From NCBI GenBank assembly GCA_000388065.2, contig KB932208.1: a stretch of 64,000 bases of DNA, one strand, 5' to 3'. Positions 1-11,849 of the stretch are shown here, piece after piece (the first letter of the stretch is position 1; each line of letters opens with the position of its first letter). The notes under the pieces are model-generated. The model searched no databases, was not told the origin of the DNA, and saw nothing but the letters and a program-made list of their open reading frames with translations. A program made the translations under genes and the position numbers. Source of the DNA: Fonticula alba ATCC 38817 (taxonomy: Eukaryota > Protista > Nucleariida).

Positions 1-2730
1 GTCGTAGAGTGGAGAGGGCGTCGAATGCTCGGTCTCCCCCCCCCCCCCCCGGCCCCCCCTGCTGCAACAACAGACACTCGCCCCAGGCCGGAGGGCCCGC
101 ACCCGGGCTGAGGGGCTGCGATCTGGCAGGAAGGGCCACTGTTGGACATCAACACGCCGCCTGCCAAGCCGTGGGCTACACCGAACCGCGTCAGCCGGTC
201 GGGGGCGTTCTACCTTTTCAGTCGCGCCATTTTTAAGGCGGCGATCCAGAACCACCGGAACGGGGTCCGCGTTCGGCAACCCGGGGGGGGGGGATTCGGC
301 GCGATCAGCCCGTCCGGCGGGGCGGGCCCGGGGGGGGGGGGGGGCTGCCCCGGCGGCCCGGGGGGGGGGGGGGGGGGGGGGGGGGCGGCCAGCCGCAAGG
401 AAAAAAGCAAGCCGGCCGGCGCTCCCCCGGGACGAGGGGGAAATCTTTCCCCCGACGCACGGCAGCTGCCACTGTTGAATGACCCTTTCCACGAAGGAAG
501 AGGCTGGCTTCAAGACGCGACACAATTCCGGCCAGCCCTCTCGGCCAACCAGGCCCCGAGACAAGCCACGCAGATCCGACGGCAAAAGAAACACCATAAG
601 TGGGATGATGTTTCGAATGGCATTTCGAGATTTGCACGGGCGTGGGTGTGATTTGTGCCGGTGATCTCGTCGGGTGATCGGTCGCGCCTCGGAGATCGCC
701 TGGTCTCCATCATGGCCCCGTTTCCGGCGCGGCCTCCCCCCTCACTCTGGGGATGGGAGAAGTTTGCAGGTCCCAGCCCGGGAGAGAGGTCGGCGGCCTC
801 GTTCAAGAGACCCTCGGACCGAGGCGCATGTTGCGGCAGGCTCAGGGTTTGGACTTGAAGCTATCCACAATGAAGGGGCGCCGCCTAGGCGCCGGGTGAC
901 CAGGCAAAGAGGGGAACCAGGCGCTCGACCCAATCATCCCCTCCCCCCCCCGCAGAGAACGCCCGGGAGTATGGTCGCCGGGCGGGGGCCATAATGTCAG
1001 GACAGCAGCCAAGGGAAAGGGCGACCCCCGCCCTCCCCCCGCCCCCGGCTGGAAACCGCCCGCCGGGACAGGGGGGACCAAAAAAAGGAAGAAAAAATAA
1101 TGCCACACATCATGGCCCACCGGGAGAACGAAGCAATACAGGGGTGGACGGGCCTCTTCCCTTCATGTTGGACCTGCGCCCCCCCCCCTCAGAAAACGGG
1201 CGAGAAGGGAGAAAACAGCCGCGGGACGGGGCGTCGCCAGCGACCGGGGGTTTTCCCACTGCTCCGCGGAGAGTGGGCATGTCCCACCGCTTCTGCAGCT
1301 TTTCGAGCGGCCAGCGGCGTGTCTTGTTGCGGGCCCTGGTGTGCGGCTCTGGCTGGCGAGCGGTGTGTTCCCTGGGAAGGCAGGAGCCGTTGGCCGAGGA
1401 TCCCCTCCCCTCAGAGAGGGGATGCCAGGGGGGCCGGGGCGGGGGCTGAGTCCTTGGATGCCTCGAGCGAATTCTCGGTCGCCCGCTTCCCCCCCTCTCC
1501 GGACCCGGGGAGGGCGGGGGGGGGGGGCAACAAGACCGCGTCGGCGGTGTCCGGAGTGGCAAGAGGGAGAGAGGGGCCAGGTCACGTCCGTTCCAGAGGG
1601 TCTGGAGCCTGGCTGCGGGCGCGGCCCGCCTTCCCTCTTCCCTCTCCCCCCCGTCGAGCGGACCCCATCGTCGATGGCGCGGAGGCGGTGCCGGCCGGCC
1701 GGCCGCCGTTCAGGCCGTCCCCTCGGCAGTGGGATGATGCAGCGTTTGGTCGATCCTCGCGGCGGCACCCGGGCTCTTGCGCGTCCTCCTGCGGCTGAGG
1801 CCGTGAGTCGCCCTCGGCGGCCACGCGAGGCCTTTTTTTGCCACTCTCCCGCCGCCCTATTGCCGCATGATGGGGCCTCAATCTTGTTGGCTGGATTATC
1901 ACCCTTTCGATTTTTCACCACAAAGTCAAGGTTCGACCAGGAACCTTCTCTTCCTCTCCTGCCCCTCTCCCCTTCTTGCCTTCTGCTCCCTCCTCCTCCT
2001 CCTCCGCCTCCTCTTCTCGCGTTCTCCCTTTCCTGTGGCCCTCTTCCTGCTCGCTTGCCCCTCGGTCTTCGGCGTCTCCTGCGCACGTCTCCCGCATTCC
2101 TGCCCTCTGTCCCTCCGGCTGCGTGTATCTGGCCGGCCTGTGCCCCTTGTCGAGCAGCATGTCGCGTGTCGGCTTTTCGTGCTGCTGCTGCTGCTGCTGC
2201 TGCTTCTCCCCCGGGGGCATCCCAGGGGTGTGCTGACTCGGCGTGCCGTCGACATATTGGGTGCTTCCAGTGACCCTGGCCTTCCTCTCCCCTGTCGGCG
2301 GAAACCACGGTTGTTGGTCGGGCCCGTTGTGTGTTGCATGCGCCCGTCTGTCAGCGGCAGACTGCCGTGCGTCTCCCCGTCCGGTCAGCCCCTCTCTCTC
2401 TCTCTCTCTCTCGTTCCGGGTCTTGGTGTGGCCATGGCGGCTGCGCTCTGCTCCACCTCGCATGTAGGTGGGGTGGACGGACGGACGGACAGACGGATGG
2501 GCGGGCGGACGGACGGGGGACTGTCCATGATACACGCGCCTACAGGAAGAGCGCAGGCATCCGAGGTCGCGCAGGGAAACCGCGAGGATCTTCCATTTTA
2601 ACCACCCCCTTTTTCGGATACAATGTGCATCCGACGGCACACACCCACCCACCCACCCATGTCCTAACCTTGGCCCTTTCTTTTGTTTGTCCGGCTTCCC
2701 CTTCCTCCCGCTCGCTTTTCCCTTCCACAG

Positions 2731-3402
2731 ATGGCCAAGTCGAAGAACCATACCTCTAAGAACCAGAGTACGCCCTCCTCGCCTCTTTCCTTCAAGGCGC
2801 CATTTCTCGACGCACTCGTATCCTCGCCTGCTGCCTGTTTGTATGTTGTCGCCATTTTGACCGTGTGTCCGTCCCCTCCCTCTCCGCGCTCCTCCTCCCA
2901 GGCCGCAAGGCCCACCGCAACGGTATTAAGAAGCCCAAGAAGGAGCGCTACATCTCCAAGAAGGGTGTACGTACTCGTCTGTCATTCGCGTGGGTTTTCC
3001 CTGCTCCTCGGGCGCGCAATGTGTGTGGGTCGGGGTGTCGTCTCCGGGGGCTCGGGGCCTGTGCCGTTTCTCCTCTCTCTTTCTCCCTCTTTGGCCCCCC
3101 TGTCTTGTGCAGGGGGACGCCAGCAGCGGAGACATGGACGACGGGATCGGGGCTGGCCGCAACCCCCTCGCACAGACGCGCCCATGCTCCGCTCATCGCC
3201 GCCGTTTTTTTCCCCTCGCCGCGCTCTCGCGCACACGGCTATCGTCTTTTTTGGGCATCCCCTGACCCACTTTCTCCTCGCCCTTCCCTCCCCCCCCCCG
3301 ATCCGCGCGCAGGTCTGCACCAAGTTCCTCCTGAACCAGCGCTACGCTCTCCAGGGCACCTTCCGCGCCGTGAACCCCGAGCGCTTCCAGAAGAAGGACT
3401 AA
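2731..3402 (+). CDS. RPL29: 60S ribosomal protein eL29 (3 coding exons: 2731-2767, 2902-2966, 3313-3402)
   Basis: Spliced translation [46 protein letters not shown] matches the L29e signature ([19 protein letters not shown]). GT-AG introns restore the frame. Confidence 0.95.
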   Translation: [223 protein letters not shown]

Positions 3403-4457
3403 GCTCCTTGATCTCTTGGTCTATGTGTCTCTCTTTCCCCATATATACACACCTGTGAGCACTTCCACATCCGTCTTCTCTCCCCCCGTATGTTCCCCCC
3501 CGCGGCGGGAGGACGGTGCGCGTGTAGGATTTGCCATCCACGCAGTGCGAATGTATATGGCAATGATATAACATGGGTATTTCCATTCCCCCTCCTCCTT
3601 GTCTGTTTCTCTGGGTTCGCCTTTTTTTGGCGGGGGGGTCGTTTTTTTTTTACTACACGCGCGCCGCGTATGATGCTCTCTCGTTCTCCTTCGGGCGCCC
3701 GAGGCGCGAGAGAGCGAGAGAGGGGTGTGGTAGCCATGATTTCCCGATTGCGCGCGGATGTCATGTGGAGAGGCGCCCGCGAGAGAGGGGGCGGGGAAAA
3801 AGGGGACCCAGGTTTGTGCACGCTCGAAGCGCCGAGGCCAGTCGTATGTGCGGCAGGCGGCGGCGTTTCCACGCCCGCTCGTGTGGCGGGCGCGCCTGGC
3901 TCGAGGCGAGCAGGCGCACATTCATGACACGGCTCCCGTCTCGGCGCCGCGAAATCCTCACGGGGGCATCTGCAGGAGGCGAGGCGGAGCGGGGGCCAGC
4001 CTGGCTTTTTGCCCCGGTCTTGGCACAGGGGTGTGCGCTTTTTCCTGGGCCCTGCCTCCTTGCATCCTCAGTCGCGATGGGGGTGTTGTGGGCTTGCCGC
4101 GGCAGGCCCGTGTGCTGTGTGCACCATGTCCGCCTCTTCCGGCGCCCCCATCTGCCGTGATTGGTCGCTCGATGCCGCCCGGCCGCAACCCTCCAAATGG
4201 TTCTCTTGTGCAAAGTGCCACTGAGCGAACCGGAGTGGCCGGCCAGGGCGAACGCCCTTCGAAAAGATGAAAGAAAGAGTCTACCACTGCCGGGGCTAAC
4301 ACCCGGCCTTCGACCGCGAAGGAAATGCCAACCCAAGGCCGGGGATTCGGCGGGAGCTATGGGATGCTCAAGTTGCAGATTTCTATTTGACTGGGGGAGA
4401 TCCCAGATCGGAGGGAGGAGAGAGGACATGGGGGGGGATAGAGAGGCCACACATGTG

Positions 4458-4975
4458 TCATCGGGGACAGAGGAGAGGGTCAGTGGATTGGGTGTGGAAA
4501 GTCGATCCCGGAGGCGGCGGCATGTGGGCGTGCGTGTGCGCATTTTTGCCCCCGAGGAAAAGGGGACGAGGTGGAGGGGCGGGACACGTACGGGTGGCCT
4601 TGCCCAGGTATGAGGCAGTGACTACGGGCTCGGGCCGGGCGGCGAAGACAAGCTTCTCCTTGAGGATCGCCACCACCGAGTAGGCGACGCCCTGGGCCTG
4701 GCTGTCGGTGGAATCGGTGTCCCCGGACGGGCGATCAGCCGGTGAACGTGTCCAGGGGTCGAGTTCTGGGTTTGCTGGCGATCCTCTTTGCCCTGGGCGA
4801 CCCTTCTTCAGGACGACCAGGGGCTTTTTCAGTGGGGCAACCTTCCCACGAAGGCGGTGTCGCCCAATGGTCAGGACATAGGCTCCCTATTTGTCATGTG
4901 CGTGTGTATGAGGGCACGCATGCATGCGTAGACGGGGGCACATGTGCGTGTGAGGAAACGAGCAGCTATGGCAGG

Positions 4976-5045
<70 letters not shown>

Positions 5046-5423
5046 AGGGGGGGGGGGGGGGGGGGGGGGGGAGGCGTAGGCGCCTGCCGGGGACGAGGCC
5101 GGTTTGCATGCGAGGAGGCGACCCTGCTCAAAGCGCACCATCGAGTCCTTGGACAGGCGGCCGACGACTTGGCCAGCGCGGACATCCCGCACGAGGCCCG
5201 ACTGCGTGGCCGAGGTGGGGTCATCGTCACAGGTGGCAGACGCACCGTCCGTGCCGGCGTCATTACCCCCATCGGCGTCCAGCCCACCAGGGGGCGCCGA
5301 GTAGCAGGGGTCCACCGCGCCGGCACAGCCCTCCGCATCGTTTTGAATCTTGCCCTGTAGCTCAATCATGGCCACAGGCAGGGGATATGCCCCTTCGGGA
5401 ACATCCACCATGATGGTGGCCAT
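4458..5423 (-). CDS. CTF8: Chromosome transmission fidelity protein 8 (Ctf18-RFC subunit); exons 5423-5139 and 4886-about 4592; 3' end uncertain
   Basis: AMIELQGKI, then after a GTGCGC..ATAG intron GAYVLTIGRHRLRGKVAPLKKPLVVL and YSVVAILKEKLVFAARPEPVV, matching the Ctf8 motifs MELQG / L.VG.H.L.GK...L.KP..VL / Y.V.A.IK.K..F..RP.P. Confidence 0.85.
4979..5071. repeat. Poly-G tract (poly-C on the sense strand) in the CTF8 intron
   Basis: 66 G + TA + 25 G, seen directly. Confidence 0.9.
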
Positions 5424-5823
5424 GTTCGAGGGTCAGGGGCGAGCTGTTTCGAATGCGCCGAGGAGCGACAGAGGGGGCAACGGGCTGGTAGGGCTATTCA
5501 ACAGGGGGGAAAGAGCAGTGGGGCTGTTTTATGCCCGCCTCAATGGGTTGCTCCCCTTTCTCCCTCCTCCGGTTTTCAGGCGAGATCCCCCCTCGATGGT
5601 CCTCCCCCTTCCCCACACCGAAAACATCAGTCTCCCGAGGGAGACACGGGCAGAAGCATCGAAGCCCCCCCCCCCCCTCCGGGCGTGGTGTGCCGAAGTA
5701 ACAGCCTTTTTAAAATACGGTGTATTTTGGTTGGCACATGGTCATATGATCAAGGGCCGCGCCGATCGGCGCCCGGGGCGGTTGTCGTCTTCCCCCCTCC
5801 CCGCCCCGGGAGAGGCAGCCCAC

Positions 5824-8800
5824 TCAGGCCAGGCCCTGGTAATAGGCGGTCAGGGCCTTGGGCGGCTGGTAGCCCGAGCGGAGGGGCGAGGAGCGGTTGA
5901 CTTGCACCGAGCATGGCTGCCCCAGGAGAGCGAGCTTTGGCAGTGGCGAATTGGATTTGTCAGTGCGCGTGTGTGTACGTGTGGCAGGGGCATTTTGAGC
6001 GCCACATGCGTCCGGCGTGCTCGTATGCGGCGCGTACCTGATCCGGAGAGCTGGTTCGGGGGACAAAGTAGGCAATGTGAGGGGAGATCTTGTGGCACGC
6101 CTCGAAGATGGCATCACTGGTGCAGGCCGCCGGCATGGGGGATGTCAGTGGGGGGGGGGAAGGGGACGCAGGAGTCAAGGCGCGCGTGATGGAAAGGGGA
6201 GAGGGGAAGGCCCCGTCAGGACGCACGCCGGAGGGGAAACCATGTTCACGCAATCAAACTGCCCGCTGCCAATCAAATTGTCCCGGTGGGCATTGATATG
6301 CCCCCGGGAGTTCGACGACCCGGCATATACCACGCCGCCCCATGGCGGACTGAGGAAGATGATATCCGCCTTTGGGGGGGAGTGCAAAGGGATGGTGGCG
6401 GGGAGATGGGGAGGAGGCAGGTCAGAGGGGAGGCCAGCTAAAGTCGGCACAGTGGCGCCCACATGCGCACCTCAAGGGTTCCATTGTGCGCCAGCTCGAG
6501 GAAATCACCCTGGATGAAGGTGATCCGGTCATGGACACCATACACCCGGGCGTTGTTCTCGGCCATGGCCAGGCGGAAGGGATCCAGATCGATGGCGATG
6601 ACTGGAATGGGTGAGTGGGGCGCAGGGGGCGCGGAGGGTGAGGCACGGAGCACGATGGTACCACAAGCCCCGAAGGGCGGGCCGAAGAGGGGAGAATCGA
6701 AGGTGGACGTACCTTGTGCGCCCAGTCGAGCAAAGGCAATGGAGTTGCCGCCAGCACCGCAGAAGGGGTCCAGCACGATCAGCCCTGGGCGCAGACACTG
6801 CTCGTCCAGCGAGAAGGACCCGAGACAGCGCTGGGCAATGTCGAGGGCGATCTTCTCCGGGGTCACCGAAAACCAAGACTCCCGGTCCATATGGATTCCC
6901 TGGTCGAAGCGGGAAAAGAGCTGGTAGCGCTGGGCAAAGTACTTCAGCATGGCTGGCTCAAAGTGCTCGCGCTTGGCAAGGACCAGCTCGCGGTAGCGAG
7001 CCTGAAAGGCAGGCGTCCCGCGGTGGGCGAAGCAAAACTCGGCCACGGCGTCGGACGGAGAGCCGGCCCCCCGTTGACGAGTGTCGCGAGTGGATCGGCC
7101 TCTCTGGCCGCCGGTCTGGCCGTTTTGCCGGGGAGCCGAGGAGCCGCCACGCGATGGGGCATCAGATGCCGCGGACCAGCCACCGGGAGTGGAGGTGCGA
7201 TTGCCAGCCTGGTGGTTGTCCGCATCATCGTCATCATCACCAGCACCATGGTTGTTGCCATACTCCTCGACGCATCCTTCGGAGGAGTCGGCATCGGAGT
7301 CGGCATCGGAGTCGGCATCCGAATCACTGTCCTCACTCGCACTCGAGCAGTCAGACATGGAGTCGGAGCCGTCGGAGTCGTCGGCCTCTTCGGAATCGGT
7401 CAGCATGGTGTCACTGTCCTCGTCCCCGGAGGTGGCATCCGTGGCGTCGCTGCTGTCGGCGTCGATGTCATCGCTGTCAGCCTCATCACCAGACGCGGTG
7501 TCCTCCTGATCGTCCTCGGCCTCCTCGCGCATGCGACGACTGTGCCGAATGGCACGCGCCCGGCGCCAAACATTGTACTCATCCAAGCCCTTGGTCTTGA
7601 GGAGATACTCATCATCCATGAAGTCTACACGGCGGCGGGAGGTCAGCGAAGGAAAACAGCAGGGGAGAGAGAAAGAGAGGGAGGGAGAGAGAGAGGGAAA
7701 AGCACAGGAAGCATGGGCCTCGTGGGTTTATGCAGTGCGCACCCTCATCGCAGCCGGCCTTTCGCGTGTCGACGCGCTGCTCGACGATGCGCACGCCGCG
7801 CGAAAAGTATGACGAGAAGTCGCCGACACTGGAGCCGGCCACCTCAGCCTCGGTGGCATCCAACGAGGACACCGGCAGTGAGGCCTCGGTGTCGGAGTCC
7901 GAATCGAAGACAATGTGCAGCCGGCGAACCTGGGCATGCGAGCGGAAAAGCGGCGCCACGGTCAAACTCTCCCCTTCATCCGACCGATCGTCCTCCAGCT
8001 CGTCGAGCAAATCCTCCGGGATGCTGGGGTCCTGCTCTTCATCGGGGGCAGTCCGCTCGATCAATTCGGCCGAGGCTTGCTCATAGTCGGCGATGATTGA
8101 GTGGCGACTGCCCGGGGCCGATGAGGACACGGCGCCCGGGGCCATGGTGGCCGCCAGGACGGGGCCCACATCCGGCAAGGTCGGCAGATTCGGATATCCC
8201 GGGACCTGAACCGATGGCAGGGGGAAGGCCGGGGGCAGGGGCATCGGCAAGGGAGCAACCGCCGCTCGGCGGCGCTTGGCCGTGTGTGTCAGAGGAGGCT
8301 CCGCCCCCGACGGGGAAGAGGAGTCATCCTCAGAGTCAGAGTCATCTGAGGAATCACTGTCGGCCGTGAGGATCGAGAAGGAGATCGAGGGCTTGACCTT
8401 GTCGGACTGATCGGAGTCGGATTCCGACATGGGGTCGGGCTCGAACTTCGGCCCGGGCGTGGGCAGGGGCGCATGCTTGGGCTCGAGATTGGCCGGTTGC
8501 TTGGCATGGCAGGCGGATGCCGGCGCCGCCAGCGAGCGAAGATGCGTCGCCTGGGCCAGCAGGAGTTCCTCCATGGCGGCAAGGCGTCTTTCCGTGGACT
8601 TTGCCAGGGACGCCTGGCCCTCGAGCAGCTGAGCCAGCTGTTCTTGCGTGCGATCGACCGATGCTTGAAGTCGGGCAAGAGCATCGGCCTCATGGGCAGC
8701 GGTATCCTGGACCTGTTGCTCTAGGCGCCGAGCCGACTCCAAGGTTAGGAAGCCCACCTTCTCGGAGCGCAGGCGCGCCGCCCGGGCCCACTCCATGGGC

Positions 8801-9567
8801 GAGAGATGGAAGGCCGATGGCGCGGCCTCGCCATTCAGTGGGGAATTGGCCGAGGGGAAGCCGCCGGCCATGCCCATGCGCCAAGGCCAGAAGATCTCCT
8901 CGCCAACAGGGATAGAGCCGCCAGGGGGGGCAGGCATCAAATCCGCCGGATGTCTGGGCAGGATGAAGTCCCCAAAGTGTTGGGCATCCCCCGGGCGCAG
9001 GGGCGACCGGAGGAAGGTGTGGTCCAGCGAGTGGGTGTCCGAAGTGTGCTGTGCGGTGTCCGAAGCGAAGGGGTTGTACGGCGCGTAGGAGATGTCATTG
9101 TCGACCGGCTTGGAGGGTGGCGAATCGTGGCAGGGGCCGGCCTCGCTCACGGCCTCCGGAGGGGAATCATCCTGGTCGGGCTCTTGGGGAGGACCATCCT
9201 GGTCGGGTTCCTGAGGAGGATCATCCTGATGGGGGCCCTCCTCGGAGGCGGGAGACTCTTCGGAGGAGGGGGAGAACATCCAGCGCAGCGGCGAGGTGAC
9301 CAGACGATAAAGGAGGGAGGGGGGTGGGCTGGGGACGGCTGGGGCATCACCAACCACCAGGGCATTGGCAACTGCGGCAATATCCGTGCCATGGGCAGGG
9401 GGGCTGGCTGTGGGCGACCTCAGATGGGACTGCCGAGTCGAGGCCTTCTCCGCTTGTGGGCGTTGGAGCCCAGTGGCTCGGCGTCTGGTTGAGGATTGCG
9501 AGCTTTGCCGGGAGGCCACAGGGGCCGAGCTAACAGGAGGCATGCCGACCTGGGCGGAGGGGTCCAT
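5824..9567 (-). CDS. TGS1: Trimethylguanosine synthase with long acidic/Pro-rich N-terminal extension (about 6 exons, roughly 1050-1100 aa)
   Basis: KYFAQRYQLFSRFDQGIHMDRESWFSVTPEKIA, SAM motif LDPFCGAGGNSIAFA, VIAIDLD, ADIIFLSPPWGG, IAYFVPR and C-terminal KALTAYY. ORF 7612-9567 splices in frame into ORF 6438-7619 through intron 7742-7625. Confidence 0.9.
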
Positions 9568-10260
9568 TCTGGAAGCGTGGGGGCGGAGGGAGCCGCCACT
9601 GCCGGTCGTAGTGTCGAGGAGAGGGCGAGGGGGATGGGCTCACGAGACAGGGGAGGGGAAACGTCCAGCCGGCAAAGACGGGCACCTGGGGGGACTGGAG
9701 AGAGGGGATTATGGGGGAGGGGGTGGGAGGGGAAAAGGGGAGGGGGAAAGGGTGCCAAGAGGCGCGCACTCCCGGGCCCACAGGGGCCATGCTCTTGACC
9801 GGGGCAGCTGGCGGGCGGGGAGGGCGGACGAAGGACCCCGGAGGGGAAAGAGAACCGACGACCAAGATGGCATGCCTGCATGGCGCGCGCGCGCCACGCA
9901 TGACTCTCGGGATTCCGTGGGCAGGAGTCCATTGGCAGTTGTTGCGTTGTGGAAGGGTGTGTGCGCATTTTTGACATCGGGCACCACCTTGGGGGGAGTC
10001 CCGGGGGAGGAGGACAGCCGGGGAGGAAAGGAGGGAAAAGAAGGGTGTGGAGGTTTGGTTGCCTCGCCGCCGGCCCTCCCCTTTCCGGAAAGACCAACAC
10101 CGGAGGGGACGATCGTTTGGATGTTTATTGGGAGTCGCGATGTGGGTGTGTATGAACGTGCTTGGGCATGTCCCGGATACAGGTGCGTCGAGGGGAGGGC
10201 GGGGGGATATGTCAGGCGGGCGGGCCGGTAGTCAGACTTGTGTGCCGCTGCGCCGGGCCA

Positions 10261-10836
10261 TCAATCGTCCTTGATGCCGGTGCCGGGAGCGGCGGTCGTA
10301 GCCCGAGCCGGGGCCTTGAGGGACATAACCCCGAGGAAGGCAAGGACCACCGACACGCCCAGGACAATCAGACCAGCCGGCAGGGCCACGGCCCAGTAGC
10401 GGTCGGGGAAGAAGGCGTGGATGGTTTGGTCGGCGTCGACAAAGGGCTGTGCCATGGGCCGAGGGGTGTCAGAGGGAGCCCAGGGCGGCGGGGCAAGAGA
10501 AAGGGCTATTGGGGATAGAGCGAGCTGTCGGCATGGACTTGGCCTTCGGCATAATGGTGGACTTTTGGGTGGACGCACCATGATGATCACCCACATGGTG
10601 TAGTACAGGAAAATCAGCGTCGACACCAGGATGACAGTGACACCCACGGTGCGGTCAGTAAGGACACCCTGTTAAGGGAAAGGGTACCAGAGGCACAAGC
10701 CAGGGGGGGGGGGGGGAGCCGGGGAAGAGAGACCGGGGCGAGGGGGAGAAGGGAGGAGGGAGGGGCGGTTAGTTGAGGGGCATCTATTGGACGGGGGCCC
10801 GGGAGAGTGGAAGGGGGAGAGGGGGAATCTGACCAT
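10261..10836 (-). CDS. DPM2: Dolichol-phosphate mannose synthase regulatory subunit 2 (exons 10836-10834, 10668-10579, 10446-10261)
   Basis: M-GVLTDRTVGVTVILVSTLIFLYYTMWVIIM-PFVDADQTIHAFFPDRYWAVALP matches DPM2 (TD..VG......S..IF.YYT.WVI.LPF.D....IH..F.PR.YA..IP). Two TM helices. Confidence 0.9.
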
Positions 10837-11148
10837 ATTGGCAGGGCTCGGATTTCTCTCTTTCTCTCTCGCTCTCAATCAGGAAGAGGGGGGAGGAGGG
10901 GGGGGGGGGAGGCGAAAGCAGGCAAAGGAGGCGAGGGGGGCTGCTCCCCAGGTCAACAGGCCGGGGGGTGCCTCTGGCGTGCCTGAAGAGGCCTAGCCTC
11001 CTTGCGGCCTCAGATCGCCGCCGGTGGGCATGTGCTGTGCGCATGTGCTAGACAGCTTGCCCCCTCCTCGCCAGAGTGTCGCTAGAGGGCGGGCTTCAAT
11101 GGTCACGGAGGGGCCCTTCTTTCGCAAGAGGGGTCGGGTCCGTTGTGC

Positions 11149-11176
11149 GTGTGTATGTGTGTGTGTGTATGTGCGT

Positions 11177-11227
<51 letters not shown>
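11149..11227. repeat. (GT)n microsatellite in the DPM2/IMP4 divergent intergenic region
   Basis: About 80 nt of near-perfect GT dinucleotide repeat, seen directly. Confidence 0.95.
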
Positions 11228-11228
<1 letters not shown>

Positions 11229-11849
11229 TGGGTGTTGGACTACCCGCGCCAGGCGGGGCAAAAGCGCAGCCCGAAGGGCGACATGCAAAGTGGGGGCGTC
11301 AAATGCGGCGAGAAGTATCACATGTCACGCCAAATCACGCGGACATCCCATGCACAAAGCATGGGCTTGGATCAGTGTCTGAGACTTGGGCCGGCCCCCT
11401 GGTCGTGTTCCTCCGTTGTGTGTGAGCGCGTGGCCTCTCGTCGTTCGGCTCTCTTCCTTGCCCGCGCGCGTCTGGCATGGAGCGAGCAATCTGTCGGTGA
11501 GTATGCTCCGTTGCATGGGTGGCCTCCGCATTTCCCTCTGTCTCGCTTTCTCCCCTGTCCTTCCTTTCATTCTTCATGCTTTCTTTCCTGTGTCCTTCTC
11601 GCCCGGCCGGCCTGTGAGATCATTTTTTCGGTTGGTTGCCGGATGGTCGCCGTCCTGTTGGGCTGGCGCATCTGACACCGTTTCCTCCCCCCCCCCCCCC
11701 CCCACCCCTCTTCTTTACTCCACCTTTCTGCGCCTCCCCCCTGTGCTCTCTCTCTCTCTCTCTCCCTCCACAAGTCCAGGCCTTGTTCGGTGCTGATCCC
11801 CCTTTTCTTGATCACCTTTTCTCCCTACTTCTAAGAAGAAACGCCCATC

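Noticed and set aside
181-277. Possible structured RNA closed by CCGAACCGCG/CCGCGTTCGG
   Set aside because: Such pairing is expected by chance at this GC content, and there are no family motifs.
1163-2751. Several overlapping low-complexity ORFs upstream of RPL29
   Set aside because: No domain similarity or consistent splice structure. The composition looks like UTR or intron of the plus strand.
5933-5950. AGCTTTGGCAGTGGC resembling the U4 snRNA 5' end
   Set aside because: It coincides with the TGS1 final intron/exon boundary on the other strand, and no further U4 similarity follows.
10447-10578. Stop-free, in-frame introns (DPM2 132 nt; TGS1 6602-6712, 111 nt) as regulated intron retention
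   Set aside because: Short stop-free introns are common by chance in GC-rich DNA, and nothing in the sequence indicates retention.
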